A stretch of 41,214 nt of DNA from Gammaproteobacteria bacterium (GTDB taxonomy: Bacteria; Pseudomonadota; Gammaproteobacteria; Pseudomonadales; JANQJO01): NCBI GenBank assembly GCA_037380725.1, contig JARRRL010000001.1:1-41214 (forward strand), written 5' to 3'. The first letter of the stretch is position 1, and each line of letters starts with the position of its first letter. This document shows, piece after piece, positions 1-9,980 of this stretch. Both the position numbers and the translations under genes were made by a program. The notes under the pieces were generated by a model. The model saw only the letters and a list, made by a program, of their open reading frames with translations, did not search any database and had not been told where the DNA came from.

Positions 1-115
1 TATACACGCAAAGGGCGATTTTTGGATGATAACGTGTGAAAGATCTCACCACCTATTCCATTTGAATGCCCACTTGAATGCCCTTTTGCGGTGCACTACG
101 GCATTCCTCAAGGCA

Positions 116-407
116 TTATCCACGGCATTCGTCAAAAGATAGATTACTATTCGTTCAGTCATCTATTACACTTGAGTTTTCCACAAAAGCTGTGGATAAG
201 CATGGGGATAATTACCATTTTTTTCTCGCAACGCCCTAAAACTACGCGCCGCCCAACAAATCGGACAATTATTGATCTAACAAGAAATGCCTATGTTTTT
301 CAGTATATTACAAAAATGCTGGACGAACTAACAGGGAAACGCTCGAAAAAGGACAAAAAATAACCGAAAAATGAGGTCCTGTGCATAAGACGAACAAGTT
401 ATCCACA
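116..407. promoter_or_regulatory. DnaA-box cluster, DARS-like (DnaA-reactivating sequence) element
   Basis: Boxes: TTATCCACG 116-124, TTTTCCACA 177-185, TGTGGATAA 191-199 (perfect, reverse), TGGGGATAA 203-211, TGTGCATAA 380-388, TTATCCACA 399-407 (perfect). An IHF-like TTTCAG-TATA-TTA lies at 298-310. The boxes are seen directly; DARS function is inferred. Confidence 0.7.
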
Positions 408-1034
408 GCACATGTCAACCCTTTTGTTCTCGCTCTATCACAACATGAACATCATTATTGATCGATCACTTATTTGTCACTTATTTCCTCAAGAAGCGTG
501 CCCCACCCCATCACAAGGGCAGGGCGCTCTCAATTCGAACAAATGGTTAATCTTTGACAACACCCCAATATGAACAACTGAAATATGGTTACTGACGGCA
601 TGATACGGCCACTGTTAAAGTCATTTTGCGTTTTTTGCACGAGTGAGACAAAAAACCCTGGCATCTGAATCGCATCAGGTCTAGAATCCCCGCTTAATTT
701 CCCCCCCACGGTTCTGGTCAACACCCTGAATACCTGCGCATCAGAAGCCATGGAAAATAATCTGGAACATAAAAAATGACCTGGGGTAAGGTTTGATTGT
801 TAGTATTTGATTGTTGATATTAGTTGTTAGTAATTGTTATCAATCATTGGCACCACGCGCAGCGTAAATAGATAAACGCTTACCTTTAACGCCCAAAAAA
901 ATACCGATGCTGTACCGACGTGTAGAACCCAAGCTGTAGCACAGCAAGAGCACGCAAAGAACACACAGTGCGCGCGCCAATCAAATACTCGGCGCCAATC
1001 AAATAAGACAATTTTTTATTCTTAATCTAAATGC

Positions 1035-1043
1035 TGTTATAAT
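1035..1043 (+). promoter_or_regulatory. candidate extended -10 sigma70 promoter for mdh
   Basis: TGtTATAAT is a perfect TGn-TATAAT in an AT-rich context about 300 bp upstream of the mdh ATG. Confidence 0.4.
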
Positions 1044-1344
1044 TTACGAGCTTTACACAGTGCCCACTGCGATGACATCGACTGTCGTATACGCTGCGCC
1101 ATTCACACTCTAAATGCTGACACACACCACTCATCTGAGCCGACTCGTCAAGCCGCCATCATGACGCGCAGCATCTGGCGAACAAGCGAATCGCTTTGCT
1201 GGTTGCTTAAGGCGCTTTGTGTTTAAATCAGCAGGCCACTGTCAAGCAGTGCGATTAAGCAATACAGTTGAGAAATGCAGTCAAGTAATGCGCTCACGTG
1301 GTGGATCACTCAATGTCGGCAAGTTCAAAGGAGAAACCGTTATT

Positions 1345-2325
1345 ATGAAACAACCTATTCGCGTTGCAGTAACCGGAGCAGCGGGTCAAATCAGTTACGC
1401 TCTGCTGTTTCGCCTTGCCGCCGGTGAGATGCTTGGCACTGATCAACCCATTATATTGCAATTGTTGGAGATCACACCTGCTCTGGACGCGCTCAACGGC
1501 GTGGCCATGGAACTGCGCGACTGCGCCTTCCCATTACTTGAAGACATCGTTCTCACGGATGATCCTAACCTCGCCTTCAAAGATGCTGAATACGCTTTAC
1601 TGGTCGGCGCACGACCGCGCAGCGTCGGCATGGAACGCAAAGATCTACTGGAAGCCAACGCCGCCATTTTCTCTGTTCAAGGCAAAGCGCTTAACGAACA
1701 CGCCGCACGCCACGTCAAAGTATTGGTTGTTGGCAATCCCGCCAACACGAACGCGCTGATTGCCCAACGCAATGCGCCCAATTTGGACCCCAAACAATTT
1801 ACCGCTATGACCAGACTGGATCATAACCGAGTACTGGGGCAACTGAGTCTCCGGACCGAACAACCCATTTCTGCTATCAAGCAAGCCATCATTTGGGGTA
1901 ACCACTCTGCTACACAATACCCCGACTTGCATCAGACCACCGTTTCGGGCCAACCCGCTCTGCAGCAAATTGAACAAAACTGGTATGAAGACGAATTCAT
2001 CCCCACCATACAACAACGCGGCGCAGCCATCATTAAGGCACGCGGCGCATCCAGTGCCGCTTCAGCAGCAAACGCCGCCATTCAACACATGCGTGACTGG
2101 GCCTTAGGCACCCCCGCAGACAATTGGGTCAGCATGGGAGTGATTTCAGACGGCAGCTACGGCATCGAACCGGGGCTCATTTACTCGTTCCCAACGCGCT
2201 GCCAAAACGGGGAATGGTCCATTGTTCAACACCTTGACATTAACGATTTCAGTCGTCAAAAAATGACCGCGACAGAACAAGAACTGCGTGAAGAACGTGA
2301 CGCTGTCGCTCACCTCCTACCGTAA
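1345..2325 (+). CDS. mdh: malate dehydrogenase (NAD, MDH type 2 / cytosolic-like)
   Basis: [10 protein letters not shown] nucleotide-binding motif, [33 protein letters not shown]. Start moved to ATG 1345 behind an AAGGAG RBS. Confidence 0.97.
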   Translation: MKQPIRVAVTGAAGQISYALLFRLAAGEMLGTDQPIILQLLEITPALDALNGVAMELRDCAFPLLEDIVLTDDPNLAFKDAEYALLVGARPRSVGMERKDLLEANAAIFSVQGKALNEHAARHVKVLVVGNPANTNALIAQRNAPNLDPKQFTAMTRLDHNRVLGQLSLRTEQPISAIKQAIIWGNHSATQYPDLHQTTVSGQPALQQIEQNWYEDEFIPTIQQRGAAIIKARGASSAASAANAAIQHMRDWALGTPADNWVSMGVISDGSYGIEPGLIYSFPTRCQNGEWSIVQHLDINDFSRQKMTATEQELREERDAVAHLLP

Positions 2326-2356
2326 CAATCTAACACGTAGCGTGAGAACAGCCCCC

Positions 2357-2392
2357 CCACAAAAAAACCCGGCTCACCGGGTTTTTTTGTGG
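2357..2392. terminator. bidirectional intrinsic terminator between mdh and grxD
   Basis: CCACAAAAAAACCCGG-CTCA-CCGGGTTTTTTTGTGG is a perfect inverted repeat with A/T tracts between convergent genes. Confidence 0.9.
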
Positions 2393-2409
2393 TTTTGAGG
2401 GTCTGGGGC

Positions 2410-2742
2410 TTACGAGGATGCGCCCGCCTTTTCAACCGCTGCTTTCACAAGAGACGCTAATTCGCCCTTCTCGTGCATGTCTATCAGAATATCCGATCCA
2501 CCAACTAACTCACCCGCCACCCACAATTGGGGAAAAGTCGGCCACTGGGCATATTGTGGCAGCTCAGCACGAATATCGGGATTCTCAAGAATGTTAACAT
2601 AAGCGAAAGCTTCACCCACTTCGGACAACACCTCTACCGCACGTGCTGAAAAACCGCACTGTGGGAATTGAGGGGTGCCTTTCATGTAGAGAATGACGGC
2701 ATTATCACTGATCTGCGACTTAATGAGGTCTAAAGTACTCAT
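2410..2742 (-). CDS. grxD: monothiol glutaredoxin Grx4
   Basis: MKGTPQFPQCGFS (CGFS active site), WPTFPQL, GELVGGSDI. Confidence 0.96.
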   Translation of the reverse strand: MSTLDLIKSQISDNAVILYMKGTPQFPQCGFSARAVEVLSEVGEAFAYVNILENPDIRAELPQYAQWPTFPQLWVAGELVGGSDILIDMHEKGELASLVKAAVEKAGASS

Positions 2743-3147
2743 TGAAATTCATCTCCCATAAGCATGTAACGGACTCATCAGGCATTGTGATCCGCTGTCT
2801 GACGCCCATCATACCGAGCTCATGGTGGGTTACACAATCCCTATGCCCACGGATACCTCTACTCAAGCGCTTACTCTTTGCTGTTTGATCTGGGTTTCCA
2901 TGCACAGATTCTGATAGAATCGCAGTATCAACTTCTTGCGATTGATATACAATCAAAGGGATATACAAATCAACGAAATGATGTGAAACGAGAAAATAAG
3001 ATTGGGCTCAAGGCAGCGCATGTCAGGCTGCCTTTTTTGGTTTCTTATATCTTGGTTTCTCATACCGCGAAATGAACATTGATTGCTTTTTAATGCTCAT
3101 TTCACAGTGAAAAACAGGGAACGTTAACGAAATAGGATCTACCACGC

Positions 3148-4310
3148 ATGACAACGCCAACGCAATTTGCAGATTCCGTGATGAACACCTACGCTCGACT
3201 CCCCGTGGCTTTTGAGCGCGGTCAAGGCGCTTGGCTGTATGACAGCAATGAAGAGCAGTATTTGGACGCTATCAGTGGTATTGGCGTCGTGGGTCTTGGG
3301 CACGCTCACCCCGCCGTCACGCGCACTATTCAAGAACAAGCGGGCAAATTGTTACACACTTCAAACCTCTACCACATCACAGCACAATCCACATTGGCGC
3401 AGGAACTGACATCAATCACCGGTATGTCAAAAGCGTTTTTCTGTAACTCCGGGGCCGAAGCCAATGAAGCCGCGATCAAACTGGCGCGCTTATATGGTAA
3501 CGAACGCCACATTGACCAACCTCAAATTCTGGTCATGGAACGTGCTTTTCACGGACGTACTTTAGCGACCTTAAGTGCCTCGGGTAATCGTAAAATTCAA
3601 GCAGGATTTGAACCACTTGTCCGTGGCTTTGTGCGCGCGCCCCTGAATGACATTGACGCGCTTTTCCACGTCGCTAAAAATAATAAAAACATCGTAGCCA
3701 TTCTGTTTGAAACCATTCAAGGCGAAGGCGGTGTGCACCTCGCCGATACCGCGTATCTGGAAGCCGTGCGCACACTGTGCGATGTGCAAAACTGGTTAAT
3801 GATGCTGGATGAAGTTCATTCGGGTAACGGGCGAACAGGCAAATACTTCGCCTATCAGCACTCGCGCATTCAGCCCGATGTGGTCGTCACCGCCAAAGGT
3901 CTGGGTAACGGCATTCCCATTGGCGTCATGTTAACCAACGACAAAACCAGCACGCTGTTCAAGCCTGGTCACCACGGATCCACCTTTGGCGGAAACCCTT
4001 TTGCCTGCACCGTTGCGCAAACAGTTGTCAAAACACTGTTTAACGATCGGCTCATCGAACGCGCCGCTACCCTCGGTGAACGCATGCTTTCTGGTTTGCA
4101 AGCAAAACTGGAGGGCGCTGACTACATCGTGGACATTCGCGGCAAATTGGCCACGCACAAAAAATTTTAATTAATGTGACAAACGGTACAACCGTTCGCT
4201 TATTGCCTCCGCTGATTCTAAGCGATGACGAAGCCGATCACATCGTCAACGTCGTGTGTAAATTACTCAAAACTTATGCGGGTGATGATCGCCGCGTACC
4301 TCGCGTTTAG
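3148..4310 (+). pseudogene. argD: acetylornithine aminotransferase, interrupted by a deletion and frameshift near the 3' end (or an assembly error)
   Basis: Class-III aminotransferase motifs (FFCNSGAEANEAAIKLAR, FHGRT, ETIQGEGG, TAKGLGNG, HGSTFGGNP). The ORF stops at 4170 after DIRGK. The normal C-terminus (KILINVTNGTTVRLLPPLILSDDEADHIV...) continues in another frame to TAG 4308-4310, and the GLMIGIEL-type segment is absent. Confidence 0.85.
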
Positions 4311-4456
4311 CGAATCAATACCAGCAAATACCCGTGCACACCATACCCTGTGTGCACAGTGCAAGATGCACAGACATGATTGTCTATACACAAAACGATA
4401 GAAACGCGCGATCAGCCGCATCAATTTGTGGCTGATCGTTTAATAGGGAATACCCC

Positions 4457-5377
4457 ATGAAAGTACGCCACTTTTTATCACTCCTTGATCTCAGTCCTGA
4501 AGCGTGCACCCACGTCATTGAACGAGCCATTGCACTCAAGCGTTTGCACGCCGAAGGTAAATGTAGCCAAACACTGCACCATAAAGTACTCGGCATGATT
4601 TTTGAGAAATCGTCCACTCGCACACGCGTTTCCTTTGAATCGGCCATGCTGCAGTGCGGTGGAGGCGCTATTTTTCTGACGCCACAAGACAGTCAGCTCG
4701 GACGCGGTGAACCCATAGAAGACACCGCACGCGTTTTATCCCGGATGGTGGATATCGTGGTGATACGCACTTTTTCCCATGATCGTATTACCCGGTTCGC
4801 CAGCCAAGCCAGCGTCCCAGTGATCAACGCGCTGACAGACGATTTCCACCCCTGTCAATTGTTGGCGGACATGCAAACGTTTCGCGAACATCGCGGCCCA
4901 ATCACTGGCGCAAACGTCACCTGGGTGGGAGACGGCAACAACATGTGCAACTCCTACATCAATGCCGCCCGTCAGTTTGATTTTCAATTGAATATCGTCT
5001 GTCCCGAAGGGTTTGATCCCAATGCCGAATTGTTGGCCGCTAATCAAGACCGCGTCACCTGCTTTCGCGACCCCGCTGAAGCCATACGCAAGGCCCACCT
5101 GGTCGTCACGGACGTGTGGGCCAGTATGGGTCAAGAAGCAGAGAGTCAGCATCGATTCAAAGCATTTTCTGCCTTGCAAGTTACGCCAAAATTGATGGAT
5201 CTGGCCGCTCCAAAAGCATTGTTCATGCATTGCTTACCCGCCCACCGTGGCGAAGAGATCAGCCACGATATGCTCGACGATCCTCGCTCAGTCGTATGGG
5301 ATGAAGCCGAAAATCGACTGCATGCACAAAAAGCACTTGTCGAATTCTTGCTGCTTCAGACGAATCAAGATTCCTAA
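4457..5377 (+). CDS. argF: ornithine carbamoyltransferase
   Basis: FEKSSTRTR carbamoyl-phosphate motif, HPCQ, GDGNN, DVWASMG, HCLP, AENR. Confidence 0.97.
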   Translation: MKVRHFLSLLDLSPEACTHVIERAIALKRLHAEGKCSQTLHHKVLGMIFEKSSTRTRVSFESAMLQCGGGAIFLTPQDSQLGRGEPIEDTARVLSRMVDIVVIRTFSHDRITRFASQASVPVINALTDDFHPCQLLADMQTFREHRGPITGANVTWVGDGNNMCNSYINAARQFDFQLNIVCPEGFDPNAELLAANQDRVTCFRDPAEAIRKAHLVVTDVWASMGQEAESQHRFKAFSALQVTPKLMDLAAPKALFMHCLPAHRGEEISHDMLDDPRSVVWDEAENRLHAQKALVEFLLLQTNQDS

Positions 5378-5379
5378 CC

Positions 5380-6381
5380 GTGCTCACTCAGGGAGCTTGT
5401 GTTTCAGTGGACAACTGTAAAACAACACACACACACAGCGATACGCCAGCCGGGAAATTACTCTTGGCTATCGAGCACCTGGATCTGTGTGTGGGTGATG
5501 CCCCGGTGATTCGCGATTTAAACTTGCACGTTCACCACGGTGAAATCATCTGTTTACTGGGCGCCAGTGGCTGTGGAAAAACCACCGTACTGCGCGCCAT
5601 CGCCGGGTTCATCCGTCCCACAAACGGCGTCATTACCTTGGATGGCGCGCTCACGGCTAACCCTGATTACTTGGTACCGCCGGAAAAACGCCATGTGGGT
5701 ATGATTTTTCAGGACTACGCTCTTTTCCCTCACCTCACCATCCGTGAGAACCTAGCCTTTGGTTTGAAATCGCTGGAGAAACCCGTTCGAGAACAACGAA
5801 TTACTCACTACTTTTCAAACTTAGACGTGTGTTTACGGCGAGAACTGCAACGCCAACTGCGCAGCGCGCTCCAAAAAGAAAACATGACGGCCATCCTAGT
5901 GACACACGATCAAGAAGAAGCGTTCGCGATGGCTGATCGTATTGGTTTGCTCGCTTTTGGACAATTGCAGCAACTCGCCAGTCCTTATACCCTGTATCAC
6001 GAACCTGCCAACCGCTACGTCGCATCTTTCATCGGCCTGGGCAGTTTCATCACCGCCAGCGTGGCTGATCAACATCATCTGGACACGGAAGTGGGCGTCA
6101 TTGAAAGCCGTGCCCCTCTCACTCGCCCAAGGGGTCACCGCATGGATATGCTCCTGCGCCCCGATGACATTCTCCCCAACCCCGAAGCCAACATACAAGC
6201 CTGTGTCCAACGAAAAATATTCAAAGGCGCGTCCACCTTGTATACACTTACCTTGGCTAACGGCACGGTATTAGAGGCCATTTTCCCCAGTCATTATGAC
6301 TATCCCGTGGGGTCTTATATACACATAGATATTAAAGCTAATCACGTGATTGTATTCGATACCGCGCCCGAAAACATTTGA
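5380..6381 (+). pseudogene. FbpC/PotA-like ABC transporter ATPase with an in-frame internal deletion of the signature and Walker B motifs
   Basis: Walker A GASGCGKTT, Q-loop FQDYALFPHL, H-loop VTHDQEEA and a TOBE-like C-terminus are present. The sequence runs ...ITHY|FSNLD..., lacking LSGGQ and hhhhDEP. Start codon uncertain. Confidence 0.8.
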
Positions 6382-6389
6382 CCGCAACT

Positions 6390-6484
6390 GACTTGTGACA
6401 AAATGCACTTGTGGCAAGCTATGTACGTGACAAGGCATGTACGTGACAAGCCACATACGTGACAAGCTGTGTACGTGATAAGCG
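6390..6484. repeat. degenerate 16-bp tandem repeat
   Basis: ATGTACGTGACAAGGC / ATGTACGTGACAAGCC / ACATACGTGACAAGCT / GTGTACGTGATAAGCG at 6421-6484, plus two decayed copies at 6390-6420. Confidence 0.85.
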
Positions 6485-6630
6485 CGCAATTCAGATTGGC
6501 TTTACCTACCCGGTGTGCGATATTGCTAAGCCTGTAAGCATGCCGATGCGCCACTCAACATTTGCAACACCAAACATTGCAACACCCACTACCGTAACCG
6601 GTCATAAGCGAGCACATGGAGCCTTCGCGT

Positions 6631-8313
6631 ATGAGCAACACACCTCGGGCATATGGATTTTCCCACATCGGACACCGAAGTGAAAACCAGGATCGCTTTC
6701 GTATTTTCGACTCCTGGCGCGAAGATGAATCATTGTTGATCGTAGTTGCTGACGGCATGGGCGGGCACAACGGGGGTAGTCTTGCTGCCGAAGCCGTGAT
6801 TTCCGCCGCTGATGCGCATTGGGCACACCGCAATCGATACAATTCCATGCGGGATTTTCTGAACGAACTGGTCGAAGTGACGCAGGAAGCTGTCCTGCAG
6901 ATCGAGGTGGGAGAACACCATGACTTAGAACCACACACCACAGTCGTCGCGCTTTATATACAAAAAGATCAGGCGTTGTCTATGCACATTGGCGACAGCC
7001 GTGTCATGCAGTACCGGAACAATACTTTTGTAAAACGAACGACTGACCATACATTGACTGAATTACTGTTTCTGCGTGGTAAAATCACAGAAGACGAGAT
7101 GGCCACTCATCCCGATCAAAACAAGCTGTCCAGTTGCTTAGGCAGCAATGGTCACACCAATCCTGATTTTAACGAATGGGACATTTCAACGGCATGCTCA
7201 TTCGTCATTTGTACCGATGGTTTCTGGGAACTGTGGCCAAAAGATATCATCGCTATGTTCATCGATCAACTGAACACAGCAGACGATCTTCAACAGCGCG
7301 TCATGGCTGCACTGCATGAGTACCCACGACACGACAACACCACTGCCGTTATCTTGCACGTGGACAACTCCATGACTGAAAACACCGATACCGCAGCACA
7401 CCCACCACTTATCGAAAACCATAAACAAAGCTATAAACAAAGCCATAAAAAATTTTCTCGCTATCGGCCATTCATTTTCACCACATTAATATTGCTCCTC
7501 TTAGGCTTGATTGCTTTCTTATATTCTGTGCAAACTTTGCTCAAACACAGCGGTCAACTGACTTCAGTCAAGCAATCCGACAAGCCCATGTCTTCAACAG
7601 ATACGTTTTTAACTGAATCAGAAACCGCAGCCTCTCCCGAAATGGCACCCACTGAAACTCAAGCAGGCCCCTCCCAACATGAACATCCAGAGCAATCCAT
7701 CGTAATGAGCTCAAGCCGCCCCCCGACGGTCAAGCTCATACCCACTGCCAAGCACACCCCAGCCCCTCTTAAAGCAAACACTTCGATGAACACAACGGAT
7801 GATACCATTCGAGAATTCACCAACTTGCCTTACATCAATGCGGAAAAAGCCGCCACAGTGGTCACAACGCACTTGCAAAACATAGGCATTCTCGGTCCGC
7901 AAGATCAGCTTAAAACCGAATCCGTAACGCCATTTCAGCAGACCGCTCGACGGATTGAGCTGAAGCAATGGCACAATCACATTCCCGTGCTCAGCGGCGC
8001 CGTTTGGGCGAATGTCGAAAACCACTTCATCACCAGTATCACAGGCAGACCCCTTAAAAACATTCGCGTAAATGTGGAACCCACCTTGTCTTTTCAAGCG
8101 GCCTTGGCGAAGGCCAAGCAATCCAGTTTGGACACGCTTATCAATACAAATCAGCAAATGCTAGTTGTCTTTCGACACAAACAAGTCGATCATCTCGGAT
8201 GGATGATTGAAGGGCAACGTGACGGTCACGAGGAAACCATCATCATCAGTGCAAAAAATGGCGATATTTTGTTTCAGCAACCCACGGTATCAAACACATC
8301 GGCACACTTATGA
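6631..8313 (+). CDS. PP2C-family Ser/Thr phosphatase with a TM helix and C-terminal FTP/PepSY-like extracytoplasmic domains
   Basis: GHRSENQD, VVADGMGGH, HIGDSR, TDHT, CTDG and HDNTTA motifs. TM FIFTTLILLLLGLIAFLYSV starts at 7471. The C-terminus is ELKQWHNHIPVLSG...PTLSFQAALAKA...IISAKNGDIL. GGAG at 6618-6621 favours ATG 6631 (alternative 6616). Confidence 0.85.
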   Translation: MSNTPRAYGFSHIGHRSENQDRFRIFDSWREDESLLIVVADGMGGHNGGSLAAEAVISAADAHWAHRNRYNSMRDFLNELVEVTQEAVLQIEVGEHHDLEPHTTVVALYIQKDQALSMHIGDSRVMQYRNNTFVKRTTDHTLTELLFLRGKITEDEMATHPDQNKLSSCLGSNGHTNPDFNEWDISTACSFVICTDGFWELWPKDIIAMFIDQLNTADDLQQRVMAALHEYPRHDNTTAVILHVDNSMTENTDTAAHPPLIENHKQSYKQSHKKFSRYRPFIFTTLILLLLGLIAFLYSVQTLLKHSGQLTSVKQSDKPMSSTDTFLTESETAASPEMAPTETQAGPSQHEHPEQSIVMSSSRPPTVKLIPTAKHTPAPLKANTSMNTTDDTIREFTNLPYINAEKAATVVTTHLQNIGILGPQDQLKTESVTPFQQTARRIELKQWHNHIPVLSGAVWANVENHFITSITGRPLKNIRVNVEPTLSFQAALAKAKQSSLDTLINTNQQMLVVFRHKQVDHLGWMIEGQRDGHEETIIISAKNGDILFQQPTVSNTSAHL

Positions 8314-8364
8314 CCGTAACACTTATGACCGTAACACTTATGACCTTGCCACTTATGACTTTGC
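8305..8364. repeat. 15-bp tandem repeat x4 overlapping the PP2C stop codon
   Basis: CACTTATGACCGTAA x2, CACTTATGACCTTGC, CACTTATGACTTTGC. Confidence 0.9.
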
Positions 8365-8456
8365 CGTGACGACCGCCCGCCAACACATCCCTTTATTTTT
8401 CTACTGCTATCGCATATCAGCACAACATCCTATTACTTGAGGCTTAAATCATTCTA

Positions 8457-9773
8457 ATGAGCATACCCCATATCGTAGTTATTGGCGGCGGCGCGGGCGG
8501 TTTGGAATTGGCCACTCGCTTAGGCAATAAACTGGGCAAAAAAGCCAAAGCCCACATCCATTTAGTGGATACCAATCCCACACACCTCTGGAAACCCTTG
8601 CTACACGAGGTGGCCACGGGTTCACTGGATTCTGGTATTGATGAAGTCAGTTATCGTGCTCACGCCTACCATCATCATTTTACCTTTCATTTAGGCAGTA
8701 TGTGTCAGTTGGATCGCAGGACCAAAACCATTACCTTGGCCCCAACTCTGCTGACGCCTACGATCGACGGTCTTGCCCACCAGGTACAACCTGAACGCAC
8801 CTTGCAATACGACTACCTTGTACTGGCCGTAGGCAGTAAAACCAATGATTTCGGCACACCAGGCGCGGCCACGTATTGCACCTTTCTCGACAGTCGCAAA
8901 CAAGCGGATCACTTTCACCATCAACTGCTGGATACCTATCTCAGGTTAAGTAACGACGCCCAAGCAGGCAAGCAGGTCGTGTTGAAAATTGGCATCGTGG
9001 GTGCCGGTGCAACCGGCGTGGAACTGGCTGCAGAACTGCACAACACAACAGCTTTATTACGAGCCTATGGCTTGAAATTGGGTTCGGATAATCTTCAGGT
9101 GAGTATTATTGAAGCAGGCCCCAAGATTTTACCCGCTTTGCCCGAGCGCATATCCACTTCCGTCGTGAAAGAACTCAGCAAATTGAAAATCACACTCCAC
9201 ATCAACACCACTGTATCGCGCGTCACCCCAGACGGATTTGAAACGGCGGATGGTCGGTTAATTGAAGCGGACACTAAAGTGTGGGCCGCCGGCGTTAAAG
9301 CACCTGAATTTTTGAGTAAAATAAATGGATTAACAACAACCCGCACCCATCAAGTCGAGGTGAGCCCCACCTTGCAATCCGTCGCTGACGAGCACATTTT
9401 CGCCATAGGCGATTGCGCAAGCTGCCTGCAAGCAAACGGTTCACGTGTCCCCCCTCGTGCTCAAGCTGCACATCAAATGGCCAATCACGCCTACAAAAAC
9501 CTACTGAATCTGCTCAACAATCGCCCCCTAAAAGCGTATGTTTATCACGACTACGGCTCTCTCGTCTCCCTCAGTCGTTATTCGACAATTGGCAATTTGA
9601 TGGGTAACCTGACGGGCAAGTCGCTGATGATCGAGGGTCGAGTGGCTCGCGTGGCCTACATCTCGCTATATCGGTTGCACCAAATCGCCCTACATGGCTA
9701 TCTACGAACTTTGCTCATTATATTTTCGGCACGGATCAACCGTATTATTCGCCCTCGGCTCAAATTGCACTGA
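8457..9773 (+). CDS. ndh: type II NADH dehydrogenase
   Basis: IVVIGGGAGGLEL, WKPLLHEVATG, IVGAGATGVELAAEL, WAAGV, FAIGDCA, PRAQAAHQ, C-terminal RPRLKLH as in gammaproteobacterial Ndh. Confidence 0.95.
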   Translation: MSIPHIVVIGGGAGGLELATRLGNKLGKKAKAHIHLVDTNPTHLWKPLLHEVATGSLDSGIDEVSYRAHAYHHHFTFHLGSMCQLDRRTKTITLAPTLLTPTIDGLAHQVQPERTLQYDYLVLAVGSKTNDFGTPGAATYCTFLDSRKQADHFHHQLLDTYLRLSNDAQAGKQVVLKIGIVGAGATGVELAAELHNTTALLRAYGLKLGSDNLQVSIIEAGPKILPALPERISTSVVKELSKLKITLHINTTVSRVTPDGFETADGRLIEADTKVWAAGVKAPEFLSKINGLTTTRTHQVEVSPTLQSVADEHIFAIGDCASCLQANGSRVPPRAQAAHQMANHAYKNLLNLLNNRPLKAYVYHDYGSLVSLSRYSTIGNLMGNLTGKSLMIEGRVARVAYISLYRLHQIALHGYLRTLLIIFSARINRIIRPRLKLH

Positions 9774-9781
9774 GCTCATGC

Positions 9782-9976
9782 TCAAACACGGTGATAATAC
9801 ACCGCAAAAGCATTAAAGAAATTATCACCGGTAGCCGTCATCAATGACGATGATATGGCTTCTCTCTTTGAAATATCCAGGGTTCTACGCAACCATACGT
9901 TCTGTCGACGCTCATCGTCATTTAACGTCTTACTCGCTTGCATTGTTTGAGGACCCATGTGAGTTTGAGGACCCAT
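9782..9976 (-). pseudogene. N-terminal remnant of a probable MFS transporter
   Basis: RRTLDISKREAISSSLMTATGDNFFNAFAV resembles the start of an MFS_1-like family, but the ORF stops after about the first TM helix, 8 bp from the ndh stop. Confidence 0.5.
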
Positions 9977-9980
9977 GTGA
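9945..9980. repeat. perfect 18-bp tandem duplication
   Basis: GTTTGAGGACCCATGTGA x2, which duplicates the start region (MGPQT) of the remnant ORF. Confidence 0.9.

Noticed and set aside
116-407. Chromosomal replication origin (oriC)
   Set aside because: No dnaA/dnaN/gidA context on this side, no clear DUE repeats, and the by-eye strand bias is opposite to expectation. The box geometry fits DARS better. Not fully excluded without the left flank.
91-751. ORFs 91-363 (+) and 530-751 (-)
   Set aside because: No recognisable motifs or RBS, and the first runs through the DnaA-box cluster. Probably non-coding.
1345-2325. Eukaryote-like MDH as evidence of horizontal transfer
   Set aside because: This MDH type is widespread in non-enteric Proteobacteria.
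4141-4175. Programmed -1 frameshift in argD at the A6/T4 run
   Set aside because: A conserved block of residues is physically missing, so frameshifting would not restore a full enzyme.
6390-8364. CRISPR arrays at the 16-bp and 15-bp repeats
   Set aside because: The units are directly adjacent with no unique spacers, are too short, and no cas genes are present.
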